NCBI GenBank assembly: GCA_036447315.1
Contig: JAZFUS010000126.1
Span: forward strand, 1,950 to 25,949
Reading direction: 5' to 3'
Source: Dehalococcoidia bacterium
GTDB taxonomy: Bacteria > Chloroflexota > Dehalococcoidia > JACVQG01 > JAZFUS01
Length of the DNA stretch: 24,000 nt
The stretch's first letter is position 1, and each line of letters opens with the position of its first letter. Made by a program: the position numbers and the translations under genes. The notes below the pieces were generated by a model, which saw only the letters and a list, made by a program, of their open reading frames with translations, had not been told where the DNA came from and ran no database searches. Positions 1 to 6,637 of the stretch are shown in pieces.

Positions 1-396
1 ATTGATCTTCTCCAGATCCGGATACCCCAGGCCCAGGCCCTCCATGTGCCCCGGCGCGGAGGACTCGATGACTATATCGGCCCCCTCGACCAGCCGCCGG
101 AAGGTATCGACCCCCTGGGGGCTTTTGAGGTCCAGGGTTATCCCCCGCTTGCTGGTGTTGAAGGCATACCAGTAAAGGCTCTTCTCGGGGTCCGGTTCAT
201 CATGGTAATAGGGACCGATATTCCGCGACGGTTCCCCACCCGGGGGCTCCACCTTGATCACATCGGCCCCCAGGTCCCCCAGGATTTTCCCGCAGAGGAA
301 GCCCCGCCGGTCGCTGAGGTCCAGGACCCGATACGGGCTGAGCAGAGCGCCCTTCTCCTCTACCCCCTTCGCCTCTACCCCCTTTTCCTCTACCAT
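1..396 (-). CDS. Family III CoA-transferase (CaiB/BaiF/FldA-type), N-terminal 132 codons; 3' end lies outside the window
   Basis: Not in the ORF track because it runs off the window edge. My translation of the minus strand from ATG at 396 gives MVEEKGVEAKGVEEKGALLSPYRVLDLSDRRGFLCGKILGDLGADVIKVEPPGGEPSRNIGPYYHDEPDPEKSLYWYAFNTSKRGITLDLKSPQGVDTFRRLVEGADIVIESSAPGHMEGLGLGYPDLEKIN. The blocks RVLDLS..G..LGDLGA.VIKVE.P..G and N..KR.ITLDLK..G match the N-terminus of family III CoA-transferases. GGAGGG lies 8 nt upstream of the ATG. Confidence 0.8.
   Translation of the reverse strand, partial: MVEEKGVEAKGVEEKGALLSPYRVLDLSDRRGFLCGKILGDLGADVIKVEPPGGEPSRNIGPYYHDEPDPEKSLYWYAFNTSKRGITLDLKSPQGVDTFRRLVEGADIVIESSAPGHMEGLGLGYPDLEKIN
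349..393 (-). repeat. In-frame 15-bp x3 tandem repeat at the 5' end of the CoA-transferase CDS, encoding VE(E/A)KG x3
   Basis: Minus strand reads GTAGAGGAAAAGGGG GTAGAGGCGAAGGGG GTAGAGGAGAAGGGC directly after the ATG. The three units differ by 1-2 nt. Confidence 0.9.
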
Positions 397-421
397 ACAA
401 ACAGCCCTCCTGACGAGGGAT

Positions 422-451
422 ATTGTAGTCCGCCCCTGAAGGGGGTGTCAA
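422..451 (-). promoter_or_regulatory. Sigma70-type promoter for the CoA-transferase gene (TTGACA-N18-TACAAT)
   Basis: Minus strand has TTGACA at 451-446, an 18-nt spacer, and TACAAT at 427-422. The predicted TSS is near 415 and the ATG is at 396, with GGAGGG in the leader. Confidence 0.6.
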
Positions 452-465
452 GACTATGGACACCT

Positions 466-494
466 TTGACAATGGGCCCTAGCTTCGATATAAT
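466..494 (+). promoter_or_regulatory. Perfect consensus sigma70 promoter (TTGACA-N17-TATAAT) for the BcrC/BcrB-like gene pair
   Basis: TTGACA at 466-471, an exact 17-nt spacer, TATAAT at 489-494. The predicted TSS is near 501 and the ATG is at 543. An exact 12/12 match is very unlikely by chance in 24 kb. The inverted repeat GGTGTC-N9-GACACC (444-464) abuts the -35 box. Confidence 0.75.
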
Positions 495-542
495 TAATAG
501 TTACCGCTCGCCGTAACCGGCCCGATCAGGGGAAATATATTT

Positions 543-1718
543 ATGTCCACCACGGAATCACCTCATGCAGAGAAAAAGCCCGGCCAGAATACGGGGTTGA
601 TGGACGGATTCCGGCGGATTATCCAGGAACGCCACGACTACGCCCGGGAGTGGAAGGACCGGACCGGGGGCAGGGTTTTCGGGGGCATGTGTACCTATGT
701 GCCCGAGGAGATCATCTACGCCGCGGGAATACTTCCGGTGCGGGTCCTGGGAAGCCATGAGCCCCAGGATGTCTCCGAGCGCCATATCTATGCCATGTTC
801 TGCCCCTTCTGCCGGGATGTCCTGGCCCAGGGCCTCCTGGGGAGGTATGATTACCTGGAAGGGCTGATAATGTCCCATACCTGTATGCACCTGCGCCAGT
901 CCTTCGATAGCTGGGTGACCCATGTGGGCATAGACTATTTCTATTACCTGTTCATGCCCCAACTGATACGCCACCGCAAGGCCCGAGGATATCTCACAAC
1001 CGAGTTCACCCGCTTCAAAGAGAACCTGGAGGGATGGATCGGGAAGAAGATAAGCAACGAGGAGATAGACCGGGCCATCGAGGTCCATAACACCAACCGG
1101 CGGCTGCTCCGGCAGATATACGAGCTGAGGAAAAGCCCCAATCCACCCATCTCGGGGGCGGAGTGTATGGAGCTGGTGGTATCCAGTCAGCTCTGCGACA
1201 AGGCGGAGCACAACGGGATGCTGGAGAGGCTCCTGAAGGAACTTCCCGCGAGGCAGGACTTGCCCCCGGCGGGCACCCGGCTCATGGTGATTGGCGGCGA
1301 GTGCGACGACCAGGAGGCGGTAAGGCTGGTGGAGGCCTCGGGGGCCAATGTGGTGGCCGATGACCTCTGCTGCGGCAGCCGTTATTTCTGGAACGAGGTC
1401 ATTCCCGGGGAGGACCGGATGTCCGCGCTGGCCCAGGGTTATCTGAACAAGCCTCCCTGCCCCCTCAAGGATGTCACCCACGAGCGCATTCGCTTCAAGT
1501 ATGTTCTCGATATGGCTCGGGAGTTCAATGTCCAGGGGGTCCTCCAGGTGATGCAGAAGTTCTGCGACCCCCATGAGTTCGATATACCGGCCATGGAACG
1601 CTTCCTGAAGGATAACGGGATCCCCAGCTACTCCATCGAGCTGGACGTGACCATGCCGGTGGGGCAGCTCCAGACCCGTACCGAGGCCTTTCTGGAGATG
1701 CTGGAGCTGGAAATATAG
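543..1718 (+). CDS. 2-hydroxyacyl-CoA dehydratase / benzoyl-CoA reductase family subunit (BcrC/BadD/HgdB-like, HGD-D family)
   Basis: ATG at 543 with AGGGGA 9 nt upstream; 391 aa. The N-terminal block AREWKDRTGGRVFGGMCTYVPEEIIYAAGILPVRVLG and the Cys blocks MFCPFCRD and DDLCCGSRYF are typical of this family. The call is by motif recall. Confidence 0.8.
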   Translation: MSTTESPHAEKKPGQNTGLMDGFRRIIQERHDYAREWKDRTGGRVFGGMCTYVPEEIIYAAGILPVRVLGSHEPQDVSERHIYAMFCPFCRDVLAQGLLGRYDYLEGLIMSHTCMHLRQSFDSWVTHVGIDYFYYLFMPQLIRHRKARGYLTTEFTRFKENLEGWIGKKISNEEIDRAIEVHNTNRRLLRQIYELRKSPNPPISGAECMELVVSSQLCDKAEHNGMLERLLKELPARQDLPPAGTRLMVIGGECDDQEAVRLVEASGANVVADDLCCGSRYFWNEVIPGEDRMSALAQGYLNKPPCPLKDVTHERIRFKYVLDMAREFNVQGVLQVMQKFCDPHEFDIPAMERFLKDNGIPSYSIELDVTMPVGQLQTRTEAFLEMLELEI

Positions 1719-1751
1719 GGCTGGGCCCGAAAATCCCCTCTGGAGACAGCG

Positions 1752-3068
1752 ATGAGTCCTGAGAAAATCCTTTATAAGACAAAGCCTTTGGAGAATTGGG
1801 CCTGGGGCAAAGAGCTGCGGACCAAGCACTATAAATCCATTATGACGGCCAAGGATGACGGGAAGACGTTGACCTCGGGCTCCGCCCATGCCCGGATACT
1901 GGCCGCCGGGCTCCCCAACTACGTACACCTGAGCGGCGAGCCCTTTGGGGCCACCATAGCCACCATGCCCGAGCTGGCCCAGGAATGCGCCGAGGCGGCC
2001 GAGGCCCAGGGATTCTCCCGGGACATGTGCGCCTACATGAGGCTCTACTGGGGCGCGTCCTTCCTCAACAAGTCCCCCTGGGGCAAGTTTCCCAAGCCCG
2101 ACCTGGGGGTCCAGAGCGCCATCTGCGATAGCCACGCCAAGTGGCACCAGATGATGACCGAATACATGGGCATACCCTTCTTTGTCGTGGAGGTACCCCA
2201 GTACTATCCCGCTCTCGCCCCTCCCCACCCTTCGATGATTGAATACACCGCCGAGCAGTTTATGGATATGCCGCCATGGATGGAGGGGGTCACCGGGCAG
2301 AAGTGGGACGATGAGAAGTTCATAACCGCCCTTCTGCGGCTCAACCGCATCCACGTCCTGTGGGCGGAGATCTGCACCCTGAACCAGAATGTGCCCGCCC
2401 CCCTGGACCTGAAGTCCATGTACAGCCTCTACTGGCCCGCCGCCGGGGGCGATATCAATGAAGATACCGAGGCCTTCTACCGGGCCCTGAAGGACGAGGT
2501 CCAGCACCGCGTGGATGAGGGCATCGCCGCCCTGGCCACGGAGAGGTGCCGGCTGATGCACGAAAACCAGCCCCCGTGGTATGCCCTGTATATTTTCCGG
2601 TACATGGAGGGTTTCGGGGCGGTAACCAACTGTGGCGGCTACGTCTTTGCCCTGGGGGGCGCCTTCGATCTCGTGGACGACGAGCAGGGCAATCCCCACC
2701 TCATCACCGAGACCCCCGTGGAACAGCTGGAGCCCAGGCCCAAAAACCGGGAAGAGTCCATGTACCTTATGGCCAAGCTCCACTTCGGCCGCTACCGCTT
2801 CGTGACCTCGCCCGATGCCAAGAGGAAGATCGCCGTGGCCATGGCCGATGACTGGAAGTGTAACGGTGCCATAATCATGCTTAACCGGGGCTGCGAGGGC
2901 CTCAGCGTGGGCCAGACCGAGGCCCGCCTGGCCCTCATCGATGCCGGGGTGCCCACCATGGTGTATGAGGCCAACATGGCCGATAAGCGGGAGTGGGACG
3001 ACAGAGAGGTGAGGGACCGGCTGGACTCCTATATGGAGAGCCTGGGACTGAAAAAGCTGGAAGACTAG
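1752..3068 (+). CDS. Larger partner subunit of the same family (BcrB/BadE/HgdA-like)
   Basis: ATG at 1752 with GGAGA 5 nt upstream and a 33-nt gap after the previous gene; 438 aa. Its size and Cys-containing blocks (DMCAYMRLYWG, SAICDSHAKW) fit the larger subunit of BcrCB/HgdAB-type enzymes. The small-then-large gene order matches bcrC-bcrB. Confidence 0.72.
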   Translation: MSPEKILYKTKPLENWAWGKELRTKHYKSIMTAKDDGKTLTSGSAHARILAAGLPNYVHLSGEPFGATIATMPELAQECAEAAEAQGFSRDMCAYMRLYWGASFLNKSPWGKFPKPDLGVQSAICDSHAKWHQMMTEYMGIPFFVVEVPQYYPALAPPHPSMIEYTAEQFMDMPPWMEGVTGQKWDDEKFITALLRLNRIHVLWAEICTLNQNVPAPLDLKSMYSLYWPAAGGDINEDTEAFYRALKDEVQHRVDEGIAALATERCRLMHENQPPWYALYIFRYMEGFGAVTNCGGYVFALGGAFDLVDDEQGNPHLITETPVEQLEPRPKNREESMYLMAKLHFGRYRFVTSPDAKRKIAVAMADDWKCNGAIIMLNRGCEGLSVGQTEARLALIDAGVPTMVYEANMADKREWDDREVRDRLDSYMESLGLKKLED

Positions 3069-3874
3069 GGTGCCGGGGCCGGGCAGGCCGGCCCGTAGCT
3101 GAAGAGCTCGGTGATGGTGGGATGGTCGCCACAGACCGGGCAGCCGGCGTCGCGCTTCCACCTCACCTCCAGGAACTCCATTTCCAGGGCGTCATAGATG
3201 AGCAACCTGCCCACCAGGGAGCGGCCTATCTCCAGTATGAGCTTGATGGTCTCCACCGCCTGGATAGTGCCTATGACCCCCGGCAGAACCCCCAGGACCC
3301 CCGCCTCCTGACAGGTGGGCGTCGTGCCCGGGGCGGGTGGTTGGGGAAACAGGCATCGGTAGCACCCCTGCCCCGGAAGGAAAACCGTGGCCATCCCCCG
3401 GAACTGGGAGATGGAGCCATGGACCAGGGGCTTCCCCGCCATGACGCAGGCATCGTTGACCAGGTAGCGGGTGGGGAAGTTATCGCTGCCGTCCACCACG
3501 ATGTCGTAGCCGTCCAGGATTTCCCCGATATTCGATACACCCAGCTCTAACTGGTGCTCGACCACCTCTATATCGGGGTTCATGCTGTGCAGGGTCCGGG
3601 CAGCCGAGGCGGTCTTGGGTTGCCCGATGTCCCGGGTACGGTGAAACACCTGGCGGTGCAGATTGCTCAGGTCCACCCGGTCGAAGTCCGCCACGCCGAT
3701 CTTGCCCACCCCGGCAGCCCCCAGGTAGAGGCCCGCCGGTGAGCCCAACCCTCCGGTGCCCACCAGGAGCACCCTGGCCCCCAGGAGCCTCCTCTGCCCC
3801 TTGCCACCCACCTGCCGAAGGATGATGTGGCGGCTGTAGCGCCGGACCTGATCTTCAGTGAAACCGAGGGCCAT
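3065..3874 (-). CDS. ThiF/MoeB/HesA-family adenylyltransferase (E1-like)
   Basis: 269 aa. Contains RYSRHIIL..VG..GQ..L, the nucleotide loop LLVGTGGLGSP, and zinc motifs CYRCLFP and CPVCG. GAGAGGGA lies 8 nt upstream of ATG 3874. Confidence 0.85.
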   Translation of the reverse strand: MALGFTEDQVRRYSRHIILRQVGGKGQRRLLGARVLLVGTGGLGSPAGLYLGAAGVGKIGVADFDRVDLSNLHRQVFHRTRDIGQPKTASAARTLHSMNPDIEVVEHQLELGVSNIGEILDGYDIVVDGSDNFPTRYLVNDACVMAGKPLVHGSISQFRGMATVFLPGQGCYRCLFPQPPAPGTTPTCQEAGVLGVLPGVIGTIQAVETIKLILEIGRSLVGRLLIYDALEMEFLEVRWKRDAGCPVCGDHPTITELFSYGPACPAPAP

Positions 3875-3889
3875 TAGTGTGGTCCCTCT

Positions 3890-4792
3890 CTAATTCCGGA
3901 CAGCGGCGGGCAGGTCGATGGTCGCGCCGCTCAAAGCGGCGTCGATGGCGCTGGCCGCTGTCTCATCGGGCTCAAGGAGCGGGAGGCGGGGTTTCCCCAC
4001 CGGGAACCCCACCCGGGCCAGGGCGTACTTGACCGGGGTGGGATTGGAGACCACAAAGAGGGCGCTTACCAGGGGCGCGAGGCTCTGATGGATGGCTTCC
4101 GCCTCCCGGGTCCGGCCATCCAGACTGGCCTCCAACATGTCACGGATCTGGACACCCACCAGGTGGGAGGCCACGCTGATGACGCCGTAGCCACCCAGGG
4201 CCATGATGGGCAGGGTATCGCCGTCGTTGCCGGAATAGACCAGAAAGTCCTCCCCCGTCCCCCGGATGATTTCAGCTATATGGTCAAGGTTGCCGCTGGC
4301 TTCCTTCACCGCCACAATGTTGTCGATCCGGCTCAACCGGATCACAGTGTCGGGGTCCAGGCTGGTGATGGTCCGTGAGGGCACGTTGTACAGAATACAG
4401 GGGAGGCTGGTGTTGGAGGCGATGGCCTTGAAATGCTGGTACAGCCCCTCGGGTGTGGGCTTGTTGTAATAGGGGACCACCATGAGGCAGCCATCCACCC
4501 CAGTGTCCTCCGCCTCCCTGGTGAACCGGGCGCTCTCGGCGGTATCGTAACTGCCGGTGCCCGCCAGGACCACACCTCGGTCCCCTACCGCCGATTTCAC
4601 CTCGGCAAAGAGCTTGAGCTTCTCCTGGTGGCTGAGGGTGGGCGATTCCCCGGTGGTGCCCGAGACCAGGACCCCGTGGCTCCCCGAGTCCAGGAGGGCC
4701 AGGGCCAGCTTCCCGGCCCTTCGGTAATCGACCTCTCCCCTATCGTCGAAGGGGGTAACCATGGCGGTTATCAATCGTCCCAGGTCTGCCAT
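3890..4792 (-). CDS. dapA: 4-hydroxy-tetrahydrodipicolinate synthase
   Basis: Motifs GTTGES, YNVP and AVKEASG. I place the start at ATG 4792 (GGAGG 7 nt upstream, 300 aa) rather than the track's TTG at 4819. Confidence 0.9.
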   Translation of the reverse strand: MADLGRLITAMVTPFDDRGEVDYRRAGKLALALLDSGSHGVLVSGTTGESPTLSHQEKLKLFAEVKSAVGDRGVVLAGTGSYDTAESARFTREAEDTGVDGCLMVVPYYNKPTPEGLYQHFKAIASNTSLPCILYNVPSRTITSLDPDTVIRLSRIDNIVAVKEASGNLDHIAEIIRGTGEDFLVYSGNDGDTLPIMALGGYGVISVASHLVGVQIRDMLEASLDGRTREAEAIHQSLAPLVSALFVVSNPTPVKYALARVGFPVGKPRLPLLEPDETAASAIDAALSGATIDLPAAVRN

Positions 4793-4809
4793 CAGGCAAC
4801 CTCCACAGG

Positions 4810-5823
4810 CTATATCCAACCCCTCTGATTCATCTCCTCTGCGATCTGAATGGCGTTGAGGGCGGCTCCCTTTCTCAAGTTATCGGCCACGACCCACATC
4901 ACCAATCCCCTGGGATGGGAGGTATCGCTGCGGATACGCCCCACGAAGACATCATCGGTCCCCGCCACCGACCACGGCTGGGGATAGAGGTTGATTCCAG
5001 GGTCATCCAGCACCTTCACCCCGGGGGCCTGGGTCAGGATATCCCGGGCTGCCTCCGGGGACATGTAATCGGTAAATTCCACGCGAATATCCTCACTGTG
5101 GCCTATGTAGACGGGCACCCGGACGCAGGTGGCGGAGATCTCTATTTCAGGGCTGTGCATGATCTTCTTGGTCTCCTCCATCATCTTCCATTCTTCCTTG
5201 GTGTAGCGGTTGTTGAGGAAAACATCGATCTCAGGCAGGATGTTGAAGGCTATCTGGTGGGGGTAGACATGGGGTGGAGCATTGACCCCCTCCAGGACCT
5301 GCTTGCTCTGCCGGGTAAGCTCTTCCATAGCCGCCGATCCCGTCCCCGATACGGACTGGAAGGTGGAGACGACAATTCTCTTGATGGGGTTGACCCGGTG
5401 CAGGGGATAGAGGGCTACCACCATCTGTACGGTAGAGCAATTAGGATTGGCTATTATCCCCTTGTGGGCCATAATGTCCTCGACATTGACCTCGGGGACC
5501 ACCAGGGGTACCTGGGGCTCCATCCTGAAGGCGGCACTGTTGTCGATGACCACGGCGCCGGATTTGACAGCCAGGGGAGAGAAATGATGGCTCACCTCGG
5601 CGCCGGCGGAAAAGAGAACTATATCGATGTCATCGAAGGATTGGGCCGTGGTCTCATGTACCTCCAGCTCCTGGTGGTTGGCGAACATCGTTTTGCCTTG
5701 GGAGCGGTCGGAGGCGAAGAGGCTCAAGGAGGCCAGCGGGAAGTGTCGCTGCTCCAGCATCCGGATGAATTCCTGCCCCACCACCCCTGTGGCGCCGACT
5801 ATGGCCGTGTGGAGCTCTCTCAT
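4810..5823 (-). CDS. asd: Aspartate-semialdehyde dehydrogenase
   Basis: GATGVVGQ N-terminus and active-site block IIANPNCSTVQMV. ATG at 5823 shares its A with the dapB TGA (TGATG). The track start at 5826 is a TTG one codon upstream. Confidence 0.9.
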   Translation of the reverse strand: MRELHTAIVGATGVVGQEFIRMLEQRHFPLASLSLFASDRSQGKTMFANHQELEVHETTAQSFDDIDIVLFSAGAEVSHHFSPLAVKSGAVVIDNSAAFRMEPQVPLVVPEVNVEDIMAHKGIIANPNCSTVQMVVALYPLHRVNPIKRIVVSTFQSVSGTGSAAMEELTRQSKQVLEGVNAPPHVYPHQIAFNILPEIDVFLNNRYTKEEWKMMEETKKIMHSPEIEISATCVRVPVYIGHSEDIRVEFTDYMSPEAARDILTQAPGVKVLDDPGINLYPQPWSVAGTDDVFVGRIRSDTSHPRGLVMWVVADNLRKGAALNAIQIAEEMNQRGWI

Positions 5824-6629
5824 CAAGAAGCTCCCGACAACCCCAGCAGGGTGTCCAGGCCATAGACCAGACCCTTCCTTCCGGTTACCTCTTTAACGGC
5901 CAGGAGCACCCCGGGGATGAAACACTCCCGGCTGATGGTGTCGTGTCGCAGGCTAAGCGTTTGGCCCGGTCCCCCCAGGATGACCTCCTGATGGGCCAGG
6001 AGCCCGGGCAATCTCACACTGTGAATGGCGATGCCCCCATCCTCACCCCCCCGGGTCCCTTTCAGGGTCTCCTTCTCGGCTCGGGGGTACTCGAAGGGAC
6101 GGCCCCGGCCCTCCACCATGGCCCGGGCTGTGGCCAGGGCGGTCCCCGAAGGGGCATCTATCTTGAGATGGTGGTGCAGCTCGGTGATCTCGGCGTAGTC
6201 AAAATACCTGGCGGCTATTTTCGCGAGATAGATCAGGACCACTGCCCCCAGGGCGAAGTTGGGCGCCACCACCGCACCGATGTCATGGGACAGGGCCAGG
6301 CTCTCTATTTCGTCCAGGTCGGCCTGGGTCAGGCCCGTGGTACCAATCACCAGATTGACCCGGTGCCGGGCGGCCACGGGCACCAGGGCCCGGGTTGCTT
6401 CAGCTACAGAGAAGTCCACCACCACCTGAGGCTGACACTGGGTGAAAATGGAATCCGGGTCGGAAGAGAAGGGAATCTGGCCGGAGCCATCGGGAAGGGG
6501 CAGAAACCCCTGGGCGACTCCCTGGTCCACCCCGGCTACCGGGTCCAGGTCGGGATCGGCGCACAGGGCCTTCAAGACCTCCTGTCCCATACGCCCGGCA
6601 GCACCGTGAATTGCCACCTTTATGCTCAT
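5823..6629 (-). CDS. dapB: 4-hydroxy-tetrahydrodipicolinate reductase
   Basis: N-terminus MSIKVAIHGAAGRMG and the block ELHHHLKIDAPSGTA; 268 aa. It starts 8 nt downstream of the pnp stop. Confidence 0.9.
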   Translation of the reverse strand: MSIKVAIHGAAGRMGQEVLKALCADPDLDPVAGVDQGVAQGFLPLPDGSGQIPFSSDPDSIFTQCQPQVVVDFSVAEATRALVPVAARHRVNLVIGTTGLTQADLDEIESLALSHDIGAVVAPNFALGAVVLIYLAKIAARYFDYAEITELHHHLKIDAPSGTALATARAMVEGRGRPFEYPRAEKETLKGTRGGEDGGIAIHSVRLPGLLAHQEVILGGPGQTLSLRHDTISRECFIPGVLLAVKEVTGRKGLVYGLDTLLGLSGAS

Positions 6630-6637
6630 GGAGGCAT

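Noticed and set aside
433-444. The 12-mer CCCCTGAAGGGG (a mini-hairpin) occurs both here and at 14469-14480. GACAC[C/T] motifs recur in several intergenic regions (459-464, 9209-9214, 14481-14486, and in every repeat unit on the minus strand).
   Set aside because: In 24 kb read on both strands, tens of exact 12-mer coincidences are expected by chance, and more with GC bias. A 5-6-mer recurring a few times in about 1.2 kb of spacer is also within expectation. The flanks do not align.
558-3161. An 867-aa minus-strand ORF spanning both HGD-family genes. Similar long antisense ORFs occur at 7304-8767 and 8052-8630 (opposite pnp), 13943-15610 (opposite ymdB/rny), 4915-5865, 5943-6641, 18762-19505, 20213-20836 and 22220-22927.
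   Set aside because: The longest ones are codon-aligned with the genes on the other strand (543, 1752 and 3159 are all 0 mod 3; 6638 and 7304, and 13595, 14498 and 13943, are all 2 mod 3). They therefore stay open simply because the sense genes avoid TTA, CTA and TCA. Their translations are low-complexity Gly/Pro/Arg/His-rich with no recognisable motifs, whereas the opposite-strand genes have strong family signatures.
4793-4819. N-terminal extensions in the ORF track: dapA to 4819, asd to 5826, rpsO to 9158, PHP to 13653, nfo-like from 16153, crotonase to 18218, and corA to 21229.
   Set aside because: The track takes the longest ATG/GTG/TTG ORF. In each case a downstream start has a properly spaced Shine-Dalgarno (or a promoter-defined leaderless start) and restores the usual family N-terminus and length.
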